The translations under genes and the position numbers were made by a program. The notes below the pieces were generated by a model. The model was not told where the DNA came from. It saw nothing but the letters and a program-made list of their open reading frames with translations, and made no database searches. From the NCBI GenBank assembly GCA_964016885.1, contig OZ024765.1:1364001-1428000 (forward strand): a stretch of 64,000 bases of DNA, written 5' to 3'. Shown piece after piece: positions 46,075 to 59,728 of this stretch; position 1 is the stretch's first letter; every line of letters starts with the position of its first letter. The stretch comes from Eledone cirrhosa (lineage: Eukaryota).

Positions 46075-48984
46075 AAAATAGTGACTAACACCTAAAGTAA
46101 TTAATCATATTGTCCGAGAAAAGTATAGGTTAATTAAAGTACTACAGGTAGTCCCTATTAGAACCTAAAATCAGGTCTACTAATATAACATTTAGAAATT
46201 CATTAAAAAAATTTATATTAGTATTTACCAAGAGACCCACCAAGGTAGCTGAAGGGTAGAGAGAGGCAGGGGACCTAGTTTCTAACTAAATAGCTACCTA
46301 GAGACCCCCTCTCCCCAAGCTAGCTGGAGGGTGGAAGGGCCAGGAGACCTAGTTTCTAGCTAACTAGCTACCAAGGGACCCACCCCCAAGCTAGCTGGAG
46401 GGTGCAGAGGCCAGGAGACCTAGTTTCTAGCTAACTAGCTACCAAGGGACCCACCCCCAAGCTAGCTGGAGGGTGGAGAGGCCAGGAGACCTAGTTTCTA
46501 GCTAGCTAGCTACCAAGGGACCCACCAAGGTAGCTAGCTGTAGAGAGGGGCAGGGGACCTAGTTACTAGCTAGCTAGCTACCAAGAGACCCACCAAGGTA
46601 GCTGGAAGGTAGGGAGGGGCAGGAGACCTAGTTTCTAGCTAGCTAGCTACCAAGAGACCCACCAAGGTAGCTGGAAGGTAGGGAGGGGCAGGGGACTAGC
46701 TACCAAGAGACTGAAGCCTTCAAGTCTGTATGTTGTTGTTGTGGTTTCCTGTTGACCTTTATGATCTTACAAGAGATAACTTCAAGTAGATTGTCCCACA
46801 TTTAACTGAGGCAGTTAACACACAACATACCACATATATATAGTATACAATATCTATGTTATATGATGTATATCTATATGATATATAACATAATATGTGG
46901 CATACAGCATATATCGTAGATATGTGATATATAGATATATATATACAGTATATGATATAGATATGTGATATACAGTATATATCATAAATATATGATATAG
47001 ATATATGGTGTATAACATATACAACATTTGATATCCAATATATATGACATAATATATGATATCCAATATACACAAAGTACAATATATGATATCTAATATA
47101 TATATGACGACATTTGATATCCAATATCTATCTAGGGTGGGTAATGATATCCAATATACAACATTCGATATCCAATATATATATATATATATAATAATAT
47201 ACACCATATGATATCCAATATATATATACAATATACAACATTCAATATCCAATATATGTATATATATAATAAACATGATATCCAATATATATATATATGA
47301 TATCCACCATATGATATCCAATATATAGAATGTAGAAGCAGTAGTAACTTACCAACACTGTGATTAAACAAGAGAAGTAGAAAGATGTGAGTAACATTTC
47401 ATTCATAAACAACAGAGTCCAACTGATTAGCCAGCCTAGCTGAAGAGATAATAATAATAATAATAATGGCCACAAGGGCCGACATATAGGGGACAATACA
47501 AAAGACAGGGACAGTGGGGGTTTACATATACAAGGTGTAATAATAATAATAATGGCCACAAGGGCCGACATATAGGGGACAATACAAAAGACAGGGACAG
47601 TGGGGGTTTACATATACAAGGTGTAATAATAATAATAATGGCCACAAGGGCCGACATATAGGGGACAATACAAAAGACAGGGACAGTGGGGGTTTACATA
47701 TACAACGTGTAATAATAATAATAATGGCCACAAGGGCCGACATATAGGGGACAATACAAAAGACAGGGACAGTGGGGGTTTACATATACAACGTGTAATA
47801 ATAATAATAATGGCCACAAGGGCTGACATATAGGGGACAATACAAAAGACAGGGACAGTGGGGGTTTACATATACAACGTGTAATAATAATAATAATGGC
47901 CACAAGGGCTGACATATAGGGGACAATACAAAAGACAGGGACAGTGGGGGTTTACATATACAATGTGTAATAATAAGGGTTTCTTTATTGGCCACAAGGG
48001 TTAACATGACATACGGCACAGAACGGGGCAAGCCAGTACAAAGTGGGTTTCTTATATAGGCACAAGGCCAGCAATTTTGGGGGAGGGGAAAGTCGATTAA
48101 ATCGACCCCAGTGTATTACTGGTACTTTATTTTATTGACCCCGTAAGGATGAAAGGTAAAGTTAACCTCGGCAGGATTTGAACGCAAACCGTAAAGGGCC
48201 GTAACTCTATGCTGCAAAGCATGGTTTCCGACCCTCTACCGATACTGCCAAGCCACCATCCTTTATAATAATAATAATACTTTCTTTATTAACCACAAGA
48301 GTTGACATAAAGTAGACATTAAGGACAGTACAGATGAGCATTTCTGTGTCTTGCTCATACAGGAACTGATTCTGGCTTGATTTCTACAGCTGGATGCCCT
48401 CCCTAACACCAACCTCATTTACAGCGAGTGCTGGGTGCTTTTTTGCTGTGGCACCTCCACGACCACTTTGCAGTGGGAGGGTGTGGGGGCATATTGTCTA
48501 TATGCTTCAGCTTCGGCTTGTACCCATAGGGAGGGGAGGGGTCGGGTCTTCTGTACTATTGCGTGACGACAGAGGTCACGGTCGTGTGTCATCGCCTTTG
48601 AGAGGTGTAATTGGGTAAGGTTGGCTTTTATCACCTCATCCCAGGTCTTCTTGGGTCTCCCCACTCCGTGGTTTCCATTGACTTCTAGTGCTCTGCACCT
48701 TTTTATGCATATATATTTCATTTCATTTTCATTTTCCGTCCACTTTTTCCCTGCTTGCAAGGGTGGGACGGGAACTGATTCTGGCTTGATTTCTACAGCT
48801 GGATGCCCTTCCTAACACCAACCACATTTACAGTGAGTGCTGGGTGCTTTTTTGCCGTGGCACCTCCACGACCACTTTGCAGTGAAATGATATGGACCCC
48901 AGTCCCTATCATCTCATTTCTACAGATTGAACTCACAACCTTTCGATTGCAAGGCCAATGCTCTAACCACTAAGCCATGTGCCT

Positions 48985-49030
<46 letters not shown>

Positions 49031-49180
49031 GTAGGAGGTGAGTTTTATTGTAGCACAATAAAGCAATGCAAATATTATCTGATGAGAACGCAAATATCAT
49101 CCCATGATGATATTTGTTTTTGAAATGCGCATAATAAAATACATGGAACTCTTTTAACCATCTTTTGATTTTATATTATA

Positions 49181-49220
<40 letters not shown>

Positions 49221-52200
49221 ATCCCGTTTCTAGGGAATTTTATTAACATATTTAGTAAAATATATAAACTGCAAAATCAATAATTACCAATTGTCCAAAG
49301 ACGATCAGTTTGAGTTTTCGTGATCCAATGAAGTTTAACATATATGTGGCAAATACAGACATGGTTTGAGTCATCAGGGCAAACTGGGCAAACTGCAATG
49401 AGAGAGGAACTGGGTTAAATAGGGATAACAATGATATATATAGAGGTGTGCTCAATCTGATAAGATAGAGTGAAGACCCTTAACACTTTCGCATTTAAAC
49501 TGGCCATATCTCACCTCTTTCTATTCAAACCGGCCGTAACTGGCCGCTCATACTGATGTTAAGGTATTGTTCTCAAAATGAATAATGTCAAAATCTCATA
49601 GATTTGATATTATGTGAGGTAAAGACTTTACTGTGAAAATACAAGAGTATATATAGAGTAATGTAAATATTATGTGAGATATTATGTGAGGTAAAGCCTT
49701 TACTGTGAAAATACAATAGTATATATAGAGTAATGTAAATGTTATGAGATATTATGTGAGGTAAAGCCTTTACTGTGAAAATACAATAGTATATATAGAG
49801 TAATGTAAATGTTATGAGATATTATGTGAGGTAAAGCCTTTACTGTGAAAATACAAGAGTATATATAGAGTAATGTAAATGTTATGTGAGGTATTATGTG
49901 AGGTAAAGTCTTTACTGTGAAAATACAATAGTATATATAGGGTAATGTAAATGTTATGTGAGATATTATGTGAGGTAAAGCCTTTACTGTGAAAATACAA
50001 TAGTATATATAGAGTAATGTAAATGTTATGTGAGATATTATGTGAGGTAAAGTCTTTACTGTGAAAATACAATAGTATATATAGAGTAATGTAAATGTTA
50101 TGTGGCAAGATTGGTCGGGTGACCATGTCTCGCTCGTATAGGACTATCTGGCAGGTTTTCTATAGTTGGATGCCCTTCCTAACACCAACCATGTTTACAG
50201 TGTGGACTGGGAGGTTTTTACCGTGTTACCTACACGACCACATTACAGCGTGGACTGGGTGTTTTTTTTTGTCATGACACTTACACGACCTCATTAGTTT
50301 GGACTGGATGTTGTGGTACCAACATAACTTTACTAAGAAAGGGTGGTGTTATATATATATATATATATACACATTCATTTTAACATACTTCCACCAAGCA
50401 AGGCAATAAAGCCACTAAAATGAACGAGTTACTGAGAATGGAAGTAGGATTCTTACCTGCCATGGAATCATGAAGAATGTCGCTGCTATGGCAACAAGAA
50501 AACTGTGGCGCCATAGAGGTCGGTTAGATCTGGAATTTAGAAAGATTAAAGATGTAATACAGATTTACATATATATAAATGAAAGAATCACGAAAGAGAA
50601 TACAGACTGTTAGAACATGTTTATACAATAAGCACCTACGTATGTCTCGCCCGAAAAGGGCTTCCCAAGGGCATAGAAATTTAGATACAGAACCCAGAAG
50701 GGCTTTTAAGATGATAACCACATCGAAGTTCATGTTTAACTCAAACAGATATATAACAGAGTGTTGTAGTTTGCTTGAAGCATTGTTGAATAGGAAACAG
50801 AAATTTAAATAATTTTGAAAACCATACAATGCACTAGAAAGAAAATAAAAAATTGCTAATATAACAAAATCTCACCTTAGCAAATTTATATAAACACAAA
50901 CACACACATTATATATATACACGAGTGACTCAACAAAAGACATGAGTGACTCACCGTAAAACATGAGTGACTATAAACATTTCCATTATGAAGAACGGGA
51001 AGGCGAAGCTCTCCCTTAGGGGTGGTGTCCAATGAACACGGGTACACTGTAATTAGAACAACAACAACAATAACAACAACAACAACAGCAATAACAATAA
51101 TAATTGTTTCTACTTTTGGCACAAGGCCAGCAATTACCCAGTGTATTACTGGTACTTTATTTTATCGACCCCATAAGGATGAAAGGCAAAGTTAACCTCG
51201 ATGGGATTTGAACTCAGAATGGCAAGGGCCAATAATAATAACAACAACACACCTCTCCATGGTTACAGAAGAAAGCTGTCACTGCAAGAATTCCACCAAA
51301 AATACTGTCACTGATGAAAATAAGAAAGAAACATTAGAACATTTAACTATGTCACTGCCCTACTCCAATAGTATTGAAGTTCTATACTATACAACAATAG
51401 CGCTACACTGGATGTATGTACTATAACAACACTATATTACAGATGTATTACAACAACACCATCCCTCCTACTACTGCCATTAAAATTGTAAGACCCCCAT
51501 CCTTATTACTATAGCCATTAAAACATAACCAACCCATTACTGTAGCCATTAAAACAGAACTGACCCAATACCATAGCCATTAAAACAGAACCGACCCAAT
51601 AATGTAGCCATTAAAACAGAACCAACCAATTACTATAGCCATTAAAACAACTGACCCAACATTATAGCCATTAAAACAGAACCAACCCATTACTACAGCC
51701 ATTAAAACAACTGACCCAACAGCATAGCCATTAAAACAGAACCAACCCATTACTATAGCCATTAAAACAGAACCAACCCATTACTATAGTCATTAAAACA
51801 GAACTGACCCAATGCCATGGCCATTAAAATACAATCTTTTGCTCTATACTTTATTAAAACAGAAACATGCCCCCTCCCATATAACTAAAAAAGCCATTAA
51901 AAGTGAACCATGCCTCCTCTCAATACTATAGCCATTAAAATAGATAGAAACCTGCATCACACCACCCTAGATAAGTCATTCCTCCCCCACCCCCGTCACT
52001 TCCATCCTTCAATACATGACCCAACCATCCCTTCACCGGTTCTATTTCTATCACTTCTCTCACCCAGTCATCCTTCCTCAAAACATGACCCCACCAACAC
52101 TATACCTACTAAAACAGTTAGGACCCACCCCCCTCAGTCCCTCCTCCCCCAGTCTTACCTGAAATAAACTCCAAACAGGAAAAATACAAACATCATGAGG

Positions 52201-55200
52201 CCGTGAAGTGCAAACACACTCTCCACATAGAAATATGATGGTTCTCCTAGACCTGTTGAATATATAGACATGAGGTGAGTGGCTGGAGTGAGGGGGAAGT
52301 GGCTGGAGTGAGGGGGAAGTGGCTGGAGTGAGGGGGAAGTGGTTGGAGTGAGGGGGAAGTGGTTGGAGTGAGGGGGCAGTGGCTGGAGAGAGGGGGCAGT
52401 GGCTGGAGTGAGGGGGCAGTGGCTGGAGTGAGGGGGCAGTGGCTGGAGAGAGGGGGAAGTGGTTGGAGTGAGGGGGCAGTGGTTGGAGTGAGGGGGCAGT
52501 GGTTGGAGGGAGGGGGCAGTGGTTGGAGTGAGGGGGCAGTGGCTGGAGTGAGGGGGCAGTGGCTGGAGTGAGGGGGCAGTGGCTGGAGAGAGGGGGAAGT
52601 GGTTGGAGTGAAGGGGAAGTGGTTGGAGTGAAGGGGAAGTGGTTGGAGTGAGGGGGCAGTGGCTGGAGAGAGGGGGCAGTGGCTGGAGAGAGGGGGCAGT
52701 GGCTGGAGAGAGGGGGCAGTGGTTGGAGTGAGGGGGAAGTGGTTGGAGTGAGGGGGAAGTGGTTGGAGTGAAGGGGAAGTGGTTGGAGTGAGGGGGCAGT
52801 GGCTGGAGAGAGGGGGCAGTGGCTGGAGAGAGGGGGCAGTGGTTGGAGTGAGGGGGCAGTGGCTGGAGTGAGGGGGCAGTGGCTGGAGAGAGGGGGAAGT
52901 GGCTGGAGAGAGGGGGCAGTGGCTGGAGTGAGGGGGCAGTGGCTGGAGAGAGGGGGAAGTGGTTGGAGTGAGGGGGCAGTGGCTGGAGAGAGGGGGCAGT
53001 GGCTGGAGAGAGGGGGCAGTGGCTGGAGAGAGGGGGAAGTGGCTGGAGTGAGGAGGCAGTGGCTGGAGAGAGGGGGAAGTGGTTGGAGTGAGGGGGCAGT
53101 GGCTGGAGGGAGGGGGAAGTGGTTGGAGTGAGGGGGCAGTGGTTAGAGTGAAGGGGCAGTGGCTGGAGGGAGGGGGCAGTGGCTGGAGAGAGGGGGCAGT
53201 GGCTGGAGAGAGAGGGCAGTGGTTGGAGTGAGGGGGCAGTGGCTGGAGGGAGGGGGCAGTGGCTGGAGAGAGGGGCAGTGGCTGGAGGGATGTCTGTGGT
53301 TTCAGACACGAGAGTTGGCAGTGGCTGGAGATTGGTCAGTGGTTGGTGAGGGGTCAATGGCTGGAGAGATGTCTGTAGCTAGAGAGAGACAGTGGTTACA
53401 GACACGAGAGGTCAGTGGACAGTGGCTGGAGAGAGACAGTGGTTGGGGAGTGGTCAGTGGCTGGAGGGAGACAGTGGTTGGGGAGTGGTCAGTTGACAGT
53501 GGTTACAGACAACAGTGGACAACATAGGACATGAATGGTGAACAAAAAAGACAGCAGTGAACAGCAACACCGAGATAATTAAGGTGAAATTACCTTCACA
53601 ACTATCAACAGGTGAGAGACCTTCTCCGCGGTTGACTCTCCAACATTGTTTTGTGTCACGTTTAAAGAAGGCGTTGACAGCTTCGTAAGACCTGTAACCC
53701 ACTGCTAGCAGGATCTGGAGAGAGAGAGAGAGAGAGAAGAGGGGAATTAGGGCTTATCACATGTTAGGATGTGAAGATGTGGGGCCTTGTGGTAAGTGTG
53801 TTGGATTTACGATCTCAATGCCATGGGTTTGATTCCTGTGAAGGTGTGTGGCCTAGTCTTCTTCTTTGAAGGGTCATGGTGGAACAGAGTCCTCAAACAC
53901 TCCTCCCATCAGGTCCTGTCACAAGCAACTGTCTCCAACTGATCCGACTAGAACCCCAAGTGTGACCAGCTCATGGAAGTTATCCAACCATCTTGCTAAG
54001 GGTTTACTCCTGGGTCTCCTGACAGCTCGTTTTACCCAGTGATTCTTTCCTGAGACATTCTAACCACATGTCTGTAGTATCAGAGCTGTGATCTCTCAAT
54101 TCAGAGAAGTAGGGGCTCTACCTGGGGTGACACTCATCTACCACATGCCCATCCTATCTCAATACAAAAATATGGTTTACCTGCATCAGGGATGCTTAAC
54201 TTACCTCTGGGTAGAGGTTAAATCTCTTGAGGGTGTTGATCACTTGAGGGTATTCTGTGACATTGTCCACCATTATGTCCATTAGACCATCCTTCAGGGT
54301 GGGGGAGTCCACCATGGTTTTGTAGTAGGAGTAGTAGAGGCCCTGTGGGGAGAGAATAGAGAGAGGTTAGTGAGTAGTGGCGAGAGAGAGAGAGAGAGAG
54401 ATGCAGAGGAGAGAGAGATGCAGAGGAGAGAGAGATGCAGAGAGAGAGAGAGAGTGAGATGCAGAGAGATAGAGAGAGAGAGAGAGGCCAAGAGATAGAT
54501 AGAGAGAGAATAACAAGATCATTCTTACCATTTCTGTACGGAATGAAAGTTCTCTCTCCAAAGTGGAAAGGTGGGAGAAATGTTTGTCGTTCTCAAACAT
54601 CTTGGACACATGGTTTCTGTAAGATAGATAAAACTCCTCAGTAATACAGGGAAGGGGCTTCTTATTTCAATGAGGGCGAGACTTCTCACTTTAGTATGGG
54701 AAGGGGACCTTAATTTAGCGAGGGAGAGGACCTTGTTTTAATAAGGGTGAGGTTCTTACTTTGGCAAGAGAATGGATATTATTTTAGTAAGGGAGGGGAT
54801 ATTATTTTAGTAAGGGAGGTTTTTTTACTTGAGTAAAAGGGTGGGGGTCTTATTTTAGTAAGGGAGGGTTTTTTACTTGAGTAAAAGGGTGGGGGTCTTA
54901 TTTTAGTAAGGGAGGGTTTTTTACTTTGACAAGGGAGGTGATATATATATATATATATACACACAAATTTCTGTATATATATATATACATACACACATAC
55001 ATATATTGTATGTGTATACGCACACACAAATATATATATCATCATCATCATCGTTTAACGTCCATCTTCCACGCTAGCATGGGTTTAATGGTCGGGAGAC
55101 CATGTCTCGCTTGCATGGAAGTGTCTCTGGCAGGTTTTTTTTACAGCTGGATGCCCTTCCTAACACCTACACAGCCACCTTACAGTGAGGACTGGGTGCC

Positions 55201-55389
55201 TTTTCACTGTCTCCTACACGACCACCTTACAGTGTGGACTAGGAGCCTTTTCACTGTCTCCTACACGACCACCTTACAGTGTAGACTGTTGTGTCATCGA
55301 CACAGTGGACCAACCAGGAGAGGAAGGGTGGGGTAGGGTGTGGCGGTGGGGTGTACATTGAGTTAAGAGGTGCCTACTGACTGTAGGTT

Positions 55390-55438
<49 letters not shown>

Positions 55439-57630
55439 GTATAAACAATTGATTTTAAAAATCTGACAGAAATGGTAAAAAGACAAAACCAAAAGACCCC
55501 CCCCCCCTCTCACACACACTCACAAAATGAACATCAAGCAGCAAGAAAAACAACATACCTGTGTAAGACACCTGCTGTGATGGCTGCAAACGAAGCAGAA
55601 CAAAACAGAAAAGGTAAAAATTACTAATCAATGAATTTGAACATATATATACACAGGGTGACATCATAATTATCATCATTTAACCCTTTAGTTACCAATC
55701 CCATTTTAAAGGCTTACAATTTAAAATAATAATAATAATGAAAATTATTGTGTACAGTGCTCAGGTGCACTACAACTCATCAAAGGTGTATGTATAGTAC
55801 ATAGAATAATACGCAGGTACACATTGTAGAGCTAACACAGGGCACTAAATACCCAGGTATAAATTGTTGAGCTAACCTAGGGTGTTAAATACCCCGGTAC
55901 ATATTGTAGAGCCAACCTAGGGTGTTAAATACCCAGGTACACATTGTAGAGCTAACCTAGGGTGTTAAATACCCCGGTACATATTATAGAGCTAACCTAG
56001 GGTGTTAAATACCCCGGTACATATTATAGAGCTAACCTAGGGTGTTAAATACCCCAGTACATATTATAGAGCTAACCTAGGGTGTTAAATACCCAGGTAT
56101 ACATTGTAGAGCTAACCTAGGGTGTTAAATACCCAGGTATACATTGTAGAGCTAACCTGGGGTGTTAAATACCCAGGTATACATTGTAGAGCTAACCTAG
56201 GGTGTTAAATACCCTGGTACATATTGTAGAGCTAACCTAGGGTGTTAAATACCCAGGTACATATTGTAGAGCTAACCTAGGGTGTTAAATACCCAGGTAC
56301 ATATTGTAGAGCTAACCTAGGGTGTTAAATACCCAGGTACACATTGTAGAACTAACCTAGGGTGTTAAATACCCAGGTACATATTGTAGAGCTAACCTAG
56401 GGTGTTAAATACCCAGGTACACACTGTAGAGCTAGGTTAGGGTGTTAAATACCCAGGTACACACTGTAGAGCTAGGTTAGGGTGTTAAATACCCAGGTAC
56501 ATATTGTAGAGCTAGGTTAGGGTGTTAAATACCCAGGTACATATTGTAGAGCTAGGTTAGGGTGTTAAATACCCAGGTACACACTGTAGAGCTAGGTTAG
56601 GGTGTTAAATACCCAGGTACACACTGTAGAGCTAGGTTAGGGTGTTAAATACCCAGGTACCAGCTCTATGTATGTCCTGATTGAAACTGATTATACGTGG
56701 CACCAATAATGAAACCTCATTGATTTATTGGCTGTCACCAAGTTCCTGAAATCTATTTTCTTATTTTATCTGGTGACATCTGGTGTGGTATGTTACCTGG
56801 TGACATCTGGTGTCAACATCTGGAGCTGTTGAAGAAATTCAACACCACAGCAATATTTCTCAACACCAACTTAACGAGAAAGTCAATTATTTCACTAAAA
56901 CTCTCCAAATTATTATTTTTAAATTATTTGAAAACCATAAGCAGTGTCTTTCATTCTAAAAATCTTCCGCTATAATTTTATGTAAGAACCTTTGTTAAGT
57001 TATGTTCCAAACACCAGGTTAATAAGACAGTGTCTTTCATTAGAAATATGGTAATGAAAGGGTTAAAGTGTTTATATTTATCTAAAAACTTTCCACCATT
57101 GTTTTATGTAATAACCTTTGTTAAGTTATGTTCCAAACAGCATGTTAATAAGACTGTCTTTCATTAGAAATATGGTAATGAAAGGGTTAAAGTGTTTATA
57201 TTTATCTCAAACTCTTCCATCGTATATTTTATATAAGAACCTTTGTTAAGTTATGTTCCAAACAGCAACTTAATAATCAGAAAGTCAGTTTTATTACTAA
57301 ATATCTTCAAATTCTTAAGTATTTTCGAAATAATTCGAAAAAAAAAAAATCACAGGCAGTGTCTTTCATTTGAAATATAGCAACGAAAGGGTTTTTAAAC
57401 ACCCCCACAATAATTCCAAGATAATTTCTTACCATTTCTCAGACGGAAGCAACGTAGACATTGCCATTTCTAAAGATTTAGTCATAGAATCGAGTAAAGA
57501 ATGGGATTTAACAAATATAATTTCTGTTTGACATGTATATTAAATTAAGACAGCATTTGTGTGGATGTACGTGTCACATACATACATGTACACACATTTA
57601 CATACACGTATGTACTTATACACGTACGTT

Positions 57631-57669
<39 letters not shown>

Positions 57670-57716
57670 GTATGTATACGTACACATATATATGTATATA
57701 CGTACGTTTGTGTGTA

Positions 57717-57762
<46 letters not shown>

Positions 57763-58815
57763 TACATACGTGTAAGCATGTACGAACACGTGTGTATATA
57801 TATATATACACATACACATCTGTGTATATGTCTGTACATCGGATTAAAATGATATTTAAACGAAACCAAGCCCTCTCTTTATGAGATCACGATATTGTCA
57901 CTAGGCTGCTATTTCTAGCACTCAATGTAGTCTTGTCTTCATTAGGCCATATTCACACATAATTCCGCTATATACATATATTATATATATACACAGGGAG
58001 GTATATATATAATATATAGAAATATGTGTTTATACAAGTAGCTAATATATTATCTGACAACTTTTCTACGAGCGAGATAAATTAATTTTATATCTTTAAA
58101 TGATCACTTATCGATAACTTATCTCTCTCTCTCTCTATCTATCTCTCTATCTATCTATCTATCTATCTATCTTGTATTGTCCCCTTTCTTGTTGCGCCCT
58201 TGTGGCTAATAAAGAAATCTATCTATCTATATATATATATTATATATATATATATGTGGTTAACTGCTAAGAGAAAGTACTCGATATCGATAAATTGGCG
58301 AAACTCCAGAGTAACAAGACTCATTGGGGTCGATAAAATAAAGTACCAGTAATGTACTGGTAATTGCTGGCCTTGTGCCAAATATAGAAACAAATATTTA
58401 GCCTTAATAATATATATATAATATATATAAACACATACACGGTTCAACTTCTTGTGTATAGTGTCACCTCCATCAATGTTTTGCTATTTGTAAATCTACA
58501 ACACATTATATACACATGCATATATATATATATGTGTGTGTGCGTGTGCGTGTGTGTGTATGCGCGTATAACGAAGATTTCAAATAGAAAAGTCTACAGG
58601 TCTAGAACTGTTTCATTCATATGAAATCATATATATATATATATATACATCGTTCGAAGCATTTAATTAATTTATACTAAAATAGTCTCCTTTCTCTTTA
58701 TATATATATATATCAGTGTTTATTTAAACGAAACTAAGCCTTCTCTTTATGTGATCACGATATTGTCACAAGGCTGTTATCTCTAGCACTCAACGTAGTC
58801 TTGTCTTCATCAATT

Positions 58816-58857
<42 letters not shown>

Positions 58858-59693
58858 CGACTAAATCTAACTATCTATCTGTCTAATCTGTCTGTCTGTC
58901 ACTATCAGTTGACCACCGAGTCCATTGTCATGATCAAACCGCCACCCTCCTTCAAAAACGAAGGAGAGGCGGTTTTCTTTTGTGTGATAGCTATGGGGAA
59001 AGAGGTTGTATGGTAGGCAAGGTTGAAAGGGCTGAGGTCAGACACCATTCTCTCCGGCCAACAACTGATTCTTTTTTTTCAAATACCACTTTGGAAGAAG
59101 AATCAGGATGGAGAGAGAGGTGCTGTACCCCAGGATGGAGAGAGAGGTGCTATACCCCAGCAAGTTTTATGAAAGGTGGGTGAAAGTGGCGAGAATGGCC
59201 CCAGTGAATGGGCCTTCTCTCTATATCAGCCTGTAGGTTGAGGAAAAAGAGGAAGAGAGGAAAGGAGTACAAACTCTTCGTACTCCTAGAGATGAGGGTT
59301 GCACATTTTTTTCGGGGTATGTGTTACCCATATGAACTGTCTCCCCCTATTGGGGAAAATCGATTAACTTTTAATTTACAATTGTGATAACATTTTACAC
59401 GTTTTTATTGTATGTAAACTTCCCCCTTTGTATTTGTCCCCTTCTTTTGTACCCCTGTGGCTAATAAAGAAACATATCTGTCTATCGCTACGTCTCTCTC
59501 TCTCATATATATACCACTATATCTATCAGTCTATCACTACATCTCTCTACCTCTATATATATATACACACACACCTCTCTATCTGTTAATCTACCTACCT
59601 CTCTATCACTATGCCCCCCCTCTCTCTCTCTATATATATATATACACACACCTCTCTATCTGTTAATCTACCTACCTCTCTATCACTATGCCC

Positions 59694-59728
<35 letters not shown>

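Noticed and set aside
50524-50829. Overlapping 77- and 101-aa ORFs in DPY19L intron 8
   Set aside because: No recognisable domain or splice support; short ORFs are expected by chance
58580-58632. Minus-strand GAAA-CAG..CTG-TA partial hammerhead
   Set aside because: CUGA is missing and replaced by (TA)n; at most a relic
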